NCBI GenBank assembly: GCA_004431415.1
Contig: QPMI01000569.1
Coordinates: 186,001 to 250,000, forward strand
Direction: 5' to 3'
Length of the DNA stretch: 64,000 nucleotides
Origin: Cyanophora paradoxa CCMP329
Lineage: Eukaryota; Plantae; Glaucophyta
How positions within the stretch are numbered: position 1 is the stretch's first letter; the number at the start of each line of letters is the position of its first letter. Below are positions 1 through 14,130 of the stretch, piece by piece. Under the pieces are notes generated by a model, which had not been told where the DNA came from, searched no databases, and saw only the letters and a list, made by a program, of their open reading frames with translations. The position numbers were made by a program, and so were the translations under genes.

Positions 1-370
1 TCGGGGATCCTGCTGCCGGCGCCGGCGCCGCGGCCGGCGCTGCGGCACCTGCTGCGCAGCCAGGAGAGCTCCTTCTCGGGGTGGATCCAGGAGCTCCAGG
101 CCACCGACACCCAGCAGGCCCGCCCCGCCCCGCCCCGCCCCGCCCCGCCCCGCCTGACGCGCCGGGGCCGCGCAGGTCAAGGAGCGGCTGGTGGAGTGGC
201 TGCAGGAGCTCCCCGAGTTCGCCCGCCACGTCGCCGCCGTCCAGGCCGCCCGCAGGGGCGCCGCGGGCGCCTGCCCCGCCCGCCCCGCAGCCCCCGCCCC
301 GCAGCCGCAGCCGGCCGCACCCCCGCCCGACCCCGCCCCGGACTGCAGCCCCGGCCCCGGGCCTGCGTAG
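1..370 (+). CDS. 3' end of an unknown protein-coding gene (partial; exons <1-117 and 176-370)
   Basis: Frame 1 reads SGILLPAP...WIQELQATDTQQ. A GC-AG intron at 118-175 carries (GCCCC)n and a CTGAC branch point. The frame resumes VKERLVEWLQELPEFARHV... and ends at TAG 368-370. Confidence 0.65.
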
Positions 371-601
371 CGCTAGCTGCACTGTGTTCATGATCGTGAC
401 GTGCGGCCCGCGCCTCTTCAATTAGTTTCCAGTTTTTCCAAGCCAGTCCAATCTATTAGTTATCGAGCAAGCCAACAACAACGGCGATTAATCATGATAT
501 CGAAATTGATAACCATTCCAGAAAAATGAGTTCCAGATTAAATTAGCGCGAATTCGAACTGCAATTTTGAATTCTGTCACATCAAACCATTTGCAACGGC
601 C

Positions 602-3600
602 CTAAGGGCCTTCCTTCCCCAAGGCTGAAAATTGGGAAGAAGCCCTTGTCAATCTATTGGAACAAGACAGAGCTGAGGGCGTAGACGTTTCCGACGAAGT
701 CGCCGGCGGCAATGCGCGCGCCGCACGAGTCAACGCACGTGAAGGGTGCAAACCCTTCGAAGGCGCAAACCCGCTGCCCGGCGTCGGTGTGCGTCTGTTG
801 GCGCTCAGCCCGTCAGGTCGATCGAGCGCAAAATTAAATATATAATTACTGAGATGCATATATATGCATATCCGCGAGGGCGGGGGGTCCGAGCATACCG
901 AGAGGAGCTTGCCGGGGTCCGACGCGACGACCACGTTGGGTCTCAGCTCGATCGCCGCCTCGCTCACGGCCGCAGGCGGGTTGTAGAAGGCGCACGCCAC
1001 CACGCTCCGGGGCGATGCCGTCGTCCGCTTTGTGGCGTCTCCGTACGCGTGGACGTGCGCCGCCGAGCGCTCTCCCAGCCCCTGGACCTGCGAATGCCGG
1101 ACCAGCTCCCAATCAGCTAATGTGGAATATGAACTCGGGCGAAACAGTTGCGCACTGAATACTCCGAAAAGCGCGCCTTGTCGGATTGAATCATTGCCTA
1201 AGGACCAAAGAATTGGTTCAAACGAACCACTGGATGCGGGGACTCGATCGCTCAGCGGCATGCGCACCTCGACCTCGTAGACGCGAACGACGTCGCGCCC
1301 GCCCGCCTCGCAGCTCGCGACGAGGCGGGTCCGCCCCTGCACCGTGTCGTCCACGGACAGGCACTTGATGGGCGCATCGCTGACGATCGCGCTCCTCAGC
1401 TCCTTGCAGCCCGAACCCACGTCAAAGATCTGCAGCCGGTTTTGGCACTGAAACAGTAGAGAGATACAACAAAATTTAATCGTGTTCTCGACCTTGATCG
1501 CGTTTCCGACAGAGGCGATGAGCCGGCGGCCGTCTCCCGCAAAAAAGCAACTGGAGTTGCAATCAGAGAATATCTAGAACTGGAATTGTGGTAGGCCGTG
1601 CCTTGTGACGTTCGGCGCAAGGCCAGAGACGACTTTTGTTTCCTTTCCAGACACCCAACCACCGCCATCCGTCTTGATCTCCCAGATCCGCATCGTCCGA
1701 TCTGCGAGCAGGGCATATATACATCAGTCTTCGTACTTTGCGCAGGTGCACGCCATGCAGATAGGAAAGACGAATAGTTCTGAGATCAAGCACGTTGCTG
1801 TCTATCGCCATTTGCAACGCCCCGCCGGGGGCCGGCACCTTCAGAGCCGGAGACAAGGAGGCGCCCGTCGGGGGACCATCCGACGCTGTGGATGATGCCA
1901 GAGTGCCCACCGATCTGAGCCAGCTGCTCGTACGAGCCCGATATCGATGTCGCCCAAATCCGCAGTGTGCGGTCCCAGGACCCGGACGCAATGTAAGCGT
2001 CCGAGGGTGCCACCGCAACGGACTTGACCACACCACCGTGCCTGAAAATTTAAAAGGGTTTGGATCCCAACGAGGCTCCATCTGGGACGGTTCGCTAGTG
2101 GCGGACCCGCGGAGGGTGGCTTGCCAGAGGCCTTCCGAGTTGAACACGCGAATGGAGCGGTCGCGCGAGCCCGTTGCGAACCACTGGCCCGTCTTCGACC
2201 ACCGCACGCACATCACCTGGTCCGGATCTCAGTTTCTTGCGATCGCACGATCGCGAAGCGAGCATGTCGATCGGGTGGCAGACCCCGGCCTTGTGGGAGC
2301 CGTTGCGCTTCTGTAGGCGCCGGCGCTCGGCAGCGTCGAGCGCCTCTGGGCTTTGGTCCTCCTCTTCTGCAGGGCGACAGTAAATTAAACGTTTAAGATT
2401 GCAGGTGAATGCCGTGACATGCGGAGCAGGTGATGTGAGCACCGTGCAGGCTGTCAATGAGGGAGCCCTTGTCGGTGAGAAGCGACTCATTGCTATCCGA
2501 CCGCTGGAGAGGTCGTCCATTGGGCCCCTGGCTCGAGCTCCTGGAGCTATTGTCTGCTTGTGCCGAGTTCGCTTTCGAATTCGTTTTCGAAACCGGGCTT
2601 GGGCCGAGCGGCTGTTGGCGGTTTGCGATGGCTCGCTTGAAGTCCCATATCTTCAAACGGGATGTGTTATAATTAAGTTCGAGAAAGGCGACGTTAGCGT
2701 CTCACATGCGTAAGCCTTTACCTTCAAAGTCATATCATCCGATGCCGATACCAGTTTTGTCTCGCCGATGAAACGGGCGGCGTGAACGTCTCGATTGTGC
2801 CCTTTTAACGTCTCCACCAGCTCGCATGTTCTACGTTTGCGTTTATACGCGTACTGGTCAGTATATAGAATTGTCTCGAAGCTTGCGCATGTGCAATTTC
2901 AACGTTGACGCACGACGCATCCCAGATCTTCACCTCGCCGTCTCCCGACGCGCTCACGACGTACTTGCCGTCCGGGGAGAACTCGCACCTTTCAACTCGC
3001 TCTAAATACGCCCAATACATCATTCTCTGAAATGGATTGCGCACCAGTTGACAATCTTGCGGTGTCCGTTGAGCGTCGCCACACACCTCCCTGTGATGAC
3101 GTCCCAAAGCTTTACTGTCTTGTCTCCAGATGCGCTGTATCGCATGTACATGCACAGTCAGATGCAGACAATAGCAATGCTTAGGTTTCGAATTATTGCC
3201 GACGAGCCTCGCTATCATAGAGCCGTTGGGGTTAAAGGCGCCGCAGCGGAGGACGCCGACGTGGCCCGACAGCGTCGCCACTTCGCTCCCGCTCTCCGAG
3301 TCCCAAATCTGCTGGGAGGCATCGATATCGCCGTCGATTGAGGTCATCGATTGCTCTTATTATCGTGTACCTTCAGCGTCTCGTCATCAGAGCAGGTGAG
3401 AATGAGGGTGCCCGAAGGGTTGAACGTGACGAGACGGCACCAGTCGAGGTGGCCGGTGAGGACACGCTTGCACTGCCACGTCGCCACGTCAAACAGCATG
3501 ATTGCGCGGTCCTGCAGACAGCGTTCAATGTCAATGCTTTGGAGCGGCGTAGGCATCAGCACCTCGCTAGCAGACGCCAGTACTGTGCATGTCGGATTGA

Positions 3601-6600
3601 AGCAGCAACCCCAAACCACGTCTGCGCAGCCCCCGGCCGCGCGTTGGTGTGGGATTACATAATTATATATCCTTTAAGCGCCTGACATGCAACTCGAACA
3701 TGCAACGTATGACATGCGACCTTCGAACCTTTGTGCTCTTTCAGTATCGCAACGCACGCCAACGTGGTAGAGTTCCAGACCTAGATATATGTAGTAGAAG
3801 ATTTGATTAGATGGATCAGAATATTAATGTGAGCTTGCGCTTGCATGACAATGTGAGAGTGCTTACCTTCACAGTCTTGTCTCCGCTCCCAGTCGCAAAA
3901 TAGGGGCCCATCTTGCTTGCCTTCGTGGCCGGTGCCCAGTCGCAACAGCGGATGTTCTTTTCGTGTTCAATTCTTGCCGGAATTTCCTTCCCAGTCCCGA
4001 CGTCCCAAAGCTGTACATGTACATGTCAAAGGTCCCCACAACTGGCACTCAACAAAATTCGCGATACCTTTGCGGTCGCGTCCCAGCACGTGGAAAGAAT
4101 GCGTGAGCCGTCGGCAGAGACGCACACGCTCCACACAAACGAAGAGTGGCCGGGCAGCGTCCGCAAGCAGTACTCCAGGTCGGCGTCGCCGTCGTCCACG
4201 CTCTTCACGCCGCCCTGTCGATCCTTTTCCGCCGCTCTCTGAAACTAATGCAGCCCGAAGATACTTGAAGTCAGGCCTAGGAGTCAGAAGCCAGAAGTAG
4301 AATGTTCAGCTACGCACCCGGTCGATGGCGTCCTGGATGTCCCACACGCGTCCAGTGCAGTCGTCTCCGCCAGTCACGAGCCGGTTTCGCGAGTCGCCCA
4401 CGAATGTGCAGCCTCGCACGTTGCCCACGTGCCCTCTGCGGTTCGCATCCTTCTCTCGCCCTTCGATGGACGCGACACACTTGCGCGTCATAAAGTCCCA
4501 CACCTGTAAGCAAGCGGTACCATATCACAATTAACGTGTCGTAGCGCGCGCAGATATAGGAAAGACGCATACTTTGATGCTCTCGTCGAGGGAGCAAGAG
4601 CAGAGCAGGGAACCGTCATTGCTGAACCGAACAGAGTGGATAACACCCTGATGGCCCCGGAACGTCTTGATCAGAGCCCACCGCGAGATGTCTGCTGCAA
4701 ATCAGCTGCAGTTCCGTTGAGCGATCACACAAACCGCGCTGAAAGCACCGTATGCCTTGATTGTTCGATCAGCGGAGGAGCTTACCACAACTTTCGAGTC
4801 TGGCGAGAAGGCAACGCCGCGCACGGGGGCAGAGTGCCCGTGCAGGACCGTCACCGACTGCCATTTGACCGTGTCCCAAACGATTACCTGCGGGGGAATC
4901 GGCGTTGGAGGCGCTATAGCTAGACTTACTCTAGCCAAATGATCGTGATCAGGATGTGAGATACCGTCTCGTCGTCGCTCGCCGACGCCATCAGTCGCCC
5001 GTCGTTGCTGAACGCCACCGCCCTGACCCTAGAAAGCGCATCGGCGTCACTGGCTTGCTGAATAGTTTTATAGGCCTCCGGTAAACGTCGAACCAATCTG
5101 TGTGAGCCTTGAGCTCGACCGGAAGTTCATGCGCGAATTCCTTGCCGTCCGCCGCTCTCGTCACCAGCTTCGTCGCGTCTGTGCTCTTGTTCATGTCCTT
5201 CGTCCAGACCCGAAGAGTGCGGTCCTCTGACGCGGTCGCCAACACGTGGCTATCCGGGGCCCAAGCAACAGCCCAGATAACTTCGTCATGCGCTCGCGCG
5301 ATTGAGTTGATTCGCTCGCCTGACGATACCTTGAACACCATCAGGTGCCTGGGCCATAACATGAGCGACAGCTGTACACGTATACGTCTAATTCGTGATC
5401 AGGCCTTGGTCAACGGCACGCACCGGTCTCCCCCGACAGTCGCAGCGTAATTACAGTCCGGCGAGAAAGCGCATCCGCGGACGTTGGCAGTGTGCCCGAT
5501 CAGCTCACGGACCATCGCGCCGCTCTCGATATCCCAGAGAATGACTTTCGAGTCCCAGCCCGCCGTCATGGCGAGCTTTCCATCCGCCGAGCACGACAGC
5601 GCCCAGACGAAGGACGTGTGCCCGAGCTTTCTCGCCGACGCGAACTGCTGAGAGTTACGATAGACTGACATATTCATCGCGGTGGAGCGATTCTTGTTCT
5701 TGGGGACCGGAGCAGCTGAGCGAGGTCGGACCACGCTAGCAACGGCAGGCGACGCTTGGAGTTCGGCGATGACGCCAGCTGCAGGCGGGTTCTCGGCCAC
5801 GTCGACGTCGTCGAGGGCATCCTGGACGGGAATGCTTTGCGTTTTCTGCTGCTTCTCTTTAGGCTTCTCTGCAACCACGACGACCTTTGCCGCCATCTCC
5901 TCCTGCTCTTCGCCCAAAGAGCGCAGGAAGGTTCCTTTGCCTGTTTCTATCTCTGCTTCGATCTGCATTATAACGTCCTCCAACGTGCCCTGCATGCGCG
6001 ATCAAGTTGAAGTCAGATGCTCAGCAAAATGTGCCGAACCGCGGCGGCCTTTTGGATATCACGGTGGTTCGCATGCCATTCTTCCACTTTCTTCATGTCC
6101 CATAAACGGATCGAACCGTCTGAAGAAACGACATCAAAAAAGGCATTCGGCATTAACAATATTAAGAGAAAGTTGAGTACCGTCTGAGCACGAGACGAGG
6201 TATTTTTCCTGGGCCGAGTATGCAAAGCGCGCCTGCCGAACGTCGCGAGCGTGGCCGCGGAGGGTCGTGACGCAAGCGCCGGTGCGGTAATCAAAGATCT
6301 TGATGTCCCCGTCGCTGCTGGCAGTCGCCAGGTACTGCTTGTCGGGGCTCTGCTCTACCCTGCAGCCCCCGTTCGTTCAGAGGCGGCGCAACGCGGCAAG
6401 CGTGAGCTTGAGGGCGCGATGCACATGGAATGCACCAATTCACGATTTTAGTGTGGCCGTGAAGAGTCGCCATGCACGTTCCGGTGCGAATGCTCCAGAT
6501 CTGAAGCGGCTCATCACTTTTGCAGCGCTTTCACTTTCTGTTGGAAAGCATACCTTGACGATTTTGTCGCCGCCAGACGAGATGATCGTATCGGAGTCGC

Positions 6601-9600
6601 TTGTGAAGTTCGAGCAGCGCAGGACGCCCTTGTGTCCCCGCAATGTTCGCGTGCACTGGCAAAGATACGCGTCCCACACTTTGATCTGCCACAACCGTAG
6701 GCCGGTCAGACCGGGCCCCCGGGCACCGACGCCGAATGTCGCATATGCGTGCATATGGTCACGTGCACCGTCTCGTCATCAGCGCCAGAGACGATGAAGT
6801 CGCCATCCGGACTGAAGCAAACCGAGCGAACCCAGTCGTAGTGACCGTTTAGCACGCCGATCTCCGTCCACGATCCGGTGTCCCAGATTTTGAGCGTCCG
6901 GTCCTCGCTTGCGGAAACAAGCTTGGACGCGTTGGGCGAGAAGTGCACACCCCATACCACGTCCTGCATGCAAGCAATGCGTTTGGCTTCAGCATAGGGG
7001 TTCAATCTAGTTTGCAGCAATGAACAACAACTGACCTTGTGGCCCTTGAGATGCGCGATCTCGCGATAGTTCTTGGTCTGAGAACGAGGCCGCGTAAGAT
7101 AAGCGATCTCGCGGTACTTTACGAATCAAAAGTGATGAATTCGAAAACGAGAACCTCCCAGATTTTTATCGTCGCGTCACCTGACCCGGTAGCGATGAAG
7201 GGCCCGCCAGGGTGCCGCTGCGTCTTCGGCGCCCACGCGCAGCATCGGATGTTCCGATCCATCTGAATGACTTTAGATCTAGAGCATTGACGATATATAG
7301 ATTCACACAACTTCTCTTCTCTATAGCTAGTGGATTACCTTCATGTCGGCACAGAGTAGCTTTCCTCTGGTCACGCTCCAGACGCGCGCGGTGCCATCCC
7401 AGCACGTTGAGACGACGCGCGTTCCGTCGGGCGAGATCGCGATTGACCAAACAAAGCTGCCGTGGCCAGTGAGCGTGTTGACGCAGGCGCTGAGGTCATC
7501 TGCAGCGGCCGCGAGCTCGGGGTCTTTGTCTAAGACAATCTTCCGCCGTCCCGTGCTCTGCGCGGTGGACGGGTCCCAGAACTTGATGGTGCAGTCGTCC
7601 GAGGCTGACACGAGCTGCTTGCGGTCAGGCAGGTACGCGACGGAGCGAACGTTGCCGAGATGCCCGCTGAGCACCGCCAGGCACTCGTTCGCGCTCCAGT
7701 CCCACAAGCGAACTGCAGCAAAGCCGAAGTAAGTTTTGGCATCCGTTTCAAGGGTCGACAAGCGCACTGGTCCGATCGAGGGAAGAGGAGACGAGCGTTT
7801 TACCATCGGGTGACCAGCGGACTGCCAACAACAATTCAAGATCAAAAACGAAATATGGTGCAGGAACTTTGTGAATCGCCACGGCAACTCACCGCAGTGT
7901 ACGAGGCCACTGTGGCCCCGCAGTGTCCGGATACAGGCGTACGTGAAGCAATCCCATACCTGCAGCACCGTATATATAAATGTGCAGTATCGACGTCGAC
8001 TGGACATGGATCATATTAAGATATATATTTATTTACAGCCGGGTTGGATAGTCTCATACTTTGATGGTGCGATCGCCCGAACAGGACGCGAGCAAAGGAG
8101 TGTACATCGAGCCGTCTCCATCGGTATCGCCCGTGTCAGGAGAGAAGGCACAGCCACGGACCACGTTTGTGTGACCTGATTGGAACCATTGTTTTTGAAT
8201 TTCACGCGAGCAGCTGCAGGATGGAAGCGACGTGCGCACCGGCCAGAACAGTGATGAGAGCATACTTTTCCTCCGCGCGGCCAGAATAAATACGGAGCGT
8301 CTCGTCGTCGGCGGCAGTTGCAATAAAGAGGCCGTCGGGCGACCAGTCGCACGCCCGACACTGCGCCCGGTCGGCAACGACAGACAAACGTATGCGTTAG
8401 AGCAGAGTCAGCGCCCACCCACTCGGTGTGCCCGCGGAGAATTTCCACGACTGATTTGCTCTGCAGGTCCCAAATTCTGCAGACGCGATCCTCACCGGCG
8501 CTCAAGCACCGTGTCCCGTCGGGCGCGAATGCTGCACCCCATACCACTGTGGAGGGGAAACGATAAATAACAAATTTAACTTCAGTCAATCTCGACTCGG
8601 CGATTTCAAGTTCATGATCAGTCAAACGTTCGGACCGTCGGTGTGGCCCTGGCCCTTCATGATCTCCCGCCCAGACTGCACGTCATGCACGTGGACGAGC
8701 CTGTCGCCGCCGCCAGAGACGAGGTACCGGCCGTCCCTCGAGAACGCGATGCACCGCGCGTTCTGCTCGGCACGTCAGCGGAGGCTTCGGTCTGCAGTAT
8801 ATATATAAGCCAGGGTTGGAGGGCGCGCCGCAGCGTGGCCGGAGAGGGTGACGATCTCCTGCCCGGTGACGGCGTCGAAGACCTTGAGGTTGCTGTCCCA
8901 GCACGCGGTCGCAAAGGAGGGCCGCTGCGGATGATACGAGATGGAGAGGGCCCAAACAAAGTCTTGGTGCGCTGTGAGCTGCCGATTTGTTTAATTTCAG
9001 CACGTGTAGGCCGAGGGCCTTGTTATACTATGCATTTGGACGCACAGTCATGACGCAGGCGTCGACGGTCTGCGGCTTGTTGTGGTGCACGATGAATGAC
9101 CGTTCCTCAAGGTTCGTGTCCAGTCGCTCTTTCGCGTCGCGGAATGGCGCAGTGTGGTCCGGCTGGTTGAATGCCATCTGCAAACAATGAGCTCGAGGCG
9201 CGCATTAACATCGCCGCAGCGATGTTTTAGATCTTGCACATTTGTTTACCTGGAAGGCAAGGGCGGGCTCTTTGCTGAGGATATGCGAGGCCCGCTGAAC
9301 GAAGGCCTGGAACTGGGCGATCCGCTGCTGAATCTCGAGGTCCGGGTACCGCGTTTCCTCCGTCCGCTCGTGGCTGAACTCGCCAATGGCGGACTTGGCA
9401 TCGCGGTTCGTGCTGTTGCTCTCCCCTGGAATTTCGCCTGCCTCGCTATTGCTGGGGTCTTCGCTGTCGCCCGCGCCGGATCCCTCGCCGTACTCGCTGC
9501 TGCGTACACCGCGCGAAGCACGCTCTCTGTCCGCCTCGCGGACGCTACTCACGTACTTCTCAAAGCGAAGGTAGTCCGCCACGAGCTCGAACGTCTGAAG

Positions 9601-12600
9601 ACGCAGAGTGAGCAGCCGTATCGACACCGATGGCGATGCGATCGGGGCGTCCCGATCGAGGAAAGTTCTAGATCGCTGACCATTCCCGCGCGGGCCTTCT
9701 GCTCGATAAAGCGGAGGTTGGTGAGGACAAGGTCGAGCATCTGCCACATCCGAGCGCCAACGAGGCTGTAGGGTAGCAGCTCCAAGACGCGATGCGGCGT
9801 CTCGGTCTTCATTAGCTTGGCGAATGCTGTGCCCTTCGTCAGCGTGTCGATGTTGAAGGGCTTCCGCGCTCCTTTCTTGAGTAGGGGCCGCCGGAATCTT
9901 CGCAAAGATCGACTGAGTTGAGAGCAATATCGAGTATCGCTGCGACCGACGCAGCGCGGGCACCGGTTGAGGGCCTGCAGGATGCGAACGCAAAGGCGGA
10001 ATCGTCTGCTGAGATTGTTCACTTTGAAGAAGCTTGCCTTGGCCCTGCGGTTCAGGTACAGTTCAGTGAAATTATGTAGTCCAGCACCCAGCACGTCCAA
10101 GAAACTCGCCTGAGGTAATCAGCGAGGCGGTGGTAGTAATTTCGCTCGACGCGCGGATCATGGAGGTATCTGAGGAGCTCGAGAGAGCAGGTAAGCTCGG
10201 ATAGACGCCGAAAAGGGCATTTCGCCGGCACCGAGTCTGGACGGCCTCCCGCAGCTGCGTGAAATAGAAATCGATTGCGCCTGCGCATGCAGGAGCGCGG
10301 AGCATCGTTACATCGAAATCCAGTGCAAAGTGAATCTCGAGCTCGACGCCACAAAGGTGCACCTTCGCCAGACTCGCCGGGGGGCCGGAGGTAGAACTCG
10401 AGGGAGCGGAAGAGACGCGCCCAGAAAGCCCGCGGCAGCTGCACCTCGCCCTGCGGCCGGACGGAGAATATTGATTCGGCGGGGGCCAACTGCCACCGCC
10501 CGCGTGAATGCCGGGCGCACGCGGCGGGAAAGGAGCTCGAGGAGCTCGTTCTCGAGGAGGCCGTTCTTCGAGACGGTCAGAAAGCAGAGCGACTTCTCCA
10601 CCAGCTGCACGCGCGAGAGCGTGCATCACGTTTCAGTTGGCCGTGGGCCGCGCAGCTTGCGCCATCGATGTCGGTCGGCGCACCTCGCGGCCGTGCTCGC
10701 TCTCGAGGCGCTCGAGGACGCACGCGAACATCTCGGGGAGCGTGTCGGGCATCTTTCGGATGTGCTCCGTCAGATCTGAGGGAGGGCGTGAACGAAGACG
10801 CAAACGCAGGGTCTTTGGTTGCGGCACTAGCACTCGCCTTCGAAGACGCCGAAGACACGGATCTCCTCACAGATGACGGAGAGGAAAAGGGGGTTCTGGG
10901 CGGCCTGCTTGCGGAGGAGCAGCTTGAGCTGCTCCGCGTCCAGCGTCTTGTGGTACTCGCTCAGCGTCGCCTCGATCAGCGCCTTCTGCATCGCGTTCTC
11001 GAACGCACCCACCATCAATTCTGCAACGAACAGCGCATGATCAGAGAACGCCACACACGATCGAAACTACCAATTATGACGAGAATGGAATTGTGCACCG
11101 GCAGGGTGGTCGGCGCGCTGCTGAAAGGCCGCTCGCACCGGGTGAACCTCGCCATCGTCCGTGTTGTCTGCCGTTGACTGCAGCGCATGCGTTTGATCAT
11201 GATGCGATTTTTGATTGATTCTCAGATCAGATCAGAGGGAGTTGCGCATGCGCACGGCGACGAGGCGAACACCCGCCGGAAGCGGACACGGGAGCCTGCA
11301 GCTCGTTTAGGAGGAGGCGAGAGGCGAGGAAGCTTAAGGCGGCTACGGCTACGCGCCAGTCAACCATGTGGGCATGGTCGGCCTCGTCCAGGGCGCTGAC
11401 TGCGTCGAGGCAGAGGACGAGCCGGTGACCGTGCCGTTCCGCCGCCCCCGCCGCCTGCCGCGAGCGCAGCCGATGATCATGAGAGACAGCCGTCAAGAGC
11501 GAGGAAGCTTTAAGAGCTCAAGAGCACACCTTTTCGAGGGCCAAGGAGAAGAGCTTCTTCAGGGCCTCGTACTGCTCGACCTCCGGAATGGGCTCTAACG
11601 CCGTGCCAGCGTCCTGGCCCTACACATGCTTGGATTGAGCAAACGCTCGAAGCGATGGCGTGGCAAGATATAGCCTTCGGACGCGCATGGGCAATGTGCA
11701 GGAGCTCCAAGCAGAGACGGCGGAGGGTGCGGCGGATGGCGAGGGAGGCCGGCGATGCCCCGATGAAGTGGGCCACAAAGAATCGGCGCTCCGTCTCCGG
11801 CACACTGCTGCAGAACTTGGCCAGCTGCGCGAATCCGACAACAAATTAAACTGAACGTTAGATGTTTCAGCAAATCGCGCTTGAAAGCGCAGATCTAAAT
11901 CTAGATCGAATCGTCTTGTTTAGATTTGCCGTGTTCAGCGCGCAGATTTCATATTGAACGCAGCAGCTCGTTGGCGGGGGCCGCAGGAAGATGCGCGGAC
12001 CAAGGCTGTCTTGCCGCAGCCGCGCTGCCCATACACGACGAGGATGTGGCCGCCTGCATCTGCAGCCACGTGAACCGCCGCCGCCGCCGCTGCATCCAGG
12101 CTTATTGCCGTCGATGACATTGATGCCGACCTGGGTTAGAAATCATAATTCGCCATGATCAGTGGAGGATCTAGAGAACGGATGTGGAACGGAGCGCACG
12201 CGACGGGCTTTCCGACGGCCTTCCCATACACGAACGTCTCGATGGCCTGGAGCATCTCCCCACGTCCAAGGAAATTGTGCGCCCGCTGCGTGGAGATGGC
12301 AACTGTTAGCTGGCTATAGGCGCCACCTGCTATGACGCGGACTCCGCGAAACTGCAGAAATTCTATAGCTAGCGGTATTCCTATAGCTATATACATTACA
12401 TAATTAGTTATTCCTTCACCTGCGAGATGACGAGGTCGTGGAAGTTGCGCTCAATCTGCCGCGCATCTGCGGTTGCACCATGGCACGTCATGAAACATAG
12501 AGGATCGCGGGCAATGCGGGACTACAGACGGGCGCACCCAACTCGACGTCCACCTTGTCGGGAAATTCGCGCATCAGCGCTTCCCAAAGGTCATCGTAGA

Positions 12601-14130
12601 CCTGAATAGCCGCGACCGAGGTCGTTAGCCGGCTCGTGATCAGCGTTCGCGAGCTATATGTGTAGCTAGCTATAGGTCTACGGAGCCGGAGACGGCAGGG
12701 TCGGCGGAGGGCTCGGGCTCGCTCGCCTGGCGGCCCCAGTCACCAAGGTCGCTGGTGTACCCCCCCGTCGCCTTGCCGTCCTTTCCGCGCGTGACGCGCT
12801 CAAAGCCGCAAGGGTATCCATCCAGAACGATGCAGTAACGGTGGCGACGACACGACTCCATCAAAGCCGCCTGCTTGGCCCTGTTTTCGTCAAGGAATAT
12901 CTGCGGGAGTGCAGGGTTAGCAGGAGGCCATGGGCCGGGGGGGTATGCATATGGGCCGGAGGCGGGGAGGAAAAGAGAGGGAGGGAGGGGGGGAGGGGGG
13001 AGGGGGGGGGGTTGGACTAGCCTCGCGATCTGCCAGTTCGCAGTGCTCCTGCGGGCCGCATGCGCAGCGTGATGAAAAGAAGCGATGAGAACGATGAGAA
13101 CAGCGTTAAAGCGGCACCATGAAAGAAGGGTCCCGGATGTAAATGAAGGCGTGCACTTGCTGCGCGCCCCCGTGCTTGTCCTTCCGGTTTAAGATTCCGT
13201 ACTCGATCTCTGCGCACGCGTGGCCGACGTCGGCGATAGCTATACATATGCATAGGCACATCTCTTCTCGCCGAAAGAAAGAAAGAATTGTACCCAAGGC
13301 GGTGATGCTGTGCCCGTGCTCGAGCTCCCGCAACCAATCCCATTTGCTGTTCTTCGAGACCTTCGGTGGCACGGTCTCGTTCGGCGGTGTACGGCGACGC
13401 CGAGCAGGGATGTCAAGCATTCGAGGGGGTACCTTGTACTGGTCGGGAATCCATCCGTAGCGCTCGCCCCCCTGAAATGCTTGTTAGATCGAAGCTTTCG
13501 GATGCGTGGTAAATCAACGTGCGAACCAGTACCAAGATCCAGTGGTTGCATCGGTCGATTTCCTCGAGACTGGAGTTGGGTGGATATATATATGGGCAAG
13601 TCAAGCGTTTTCGAGGGTACGGAAACTTCCAAGTAAAATTTTAAAAGAGCACCAGAGCTCAAGAGCACCGACTCCCGAATCACTTGTATCTTCTTTGGTC
13701 AGGCCCCTGCGCGCCAGCGCCGGCCTCGTCAGAAAAGTGATCGAAGGCGTTGCTCGCGACCGTGGATATAAAAACGGGTGAGCTCGAGGAGAGCGGACCA
13801 GCGCAGGTCGACGGGAAGGATTCGGACTTTCAGGGCCTTGGCGCGCTCATTGAGCTCAGGGAAGACGGTGCGGGTAAGGTGATCGCGCTCTCCGTGCATG
13901 TCCTGCTCGGGGCTCTCAGCCACGAGCTACAACCAAGGGCGGGCGGCTGCGGCGGGCCTTGAAGGTAGAGCTGACGAAGATCTGATCATGATCGATCATA
14001 ATCGCGCATGCACATATGGATGGTGAGCTCGAGGTTCACGCAACGTGCACCGGACCGCAATCGCGTACCCTAATTGTGGCCCAGCCAGAGGAGGAGCGTG
14101 GCACATTCAGCCGCACCACATCTGACGGGT
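602..14130 (-). CDS. Multi-exon DUF4062-NACHT-WD40 STAND protein (TEP1/NWD-like, no TROVE domain seen); the 5' end may extend to ~15150
   Basis: Spliced exons give GWATIR/IFVSSTFK/DMHGERDHLTRTVFPELNERAKALKVRILPVDLRW (DUF4062, as in TEP1). Walker A ILVVYGQRGCGKTALV is at ~12000-12050 and Walker B LVLCLDAV at ~11400. QNPLFLSVICEEIRVFG and LVEKSLCFLTVSKNGLLENELLELL follow, then more than 30 GH...WD repeats at 9050-1260. Confidence 0.88.
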
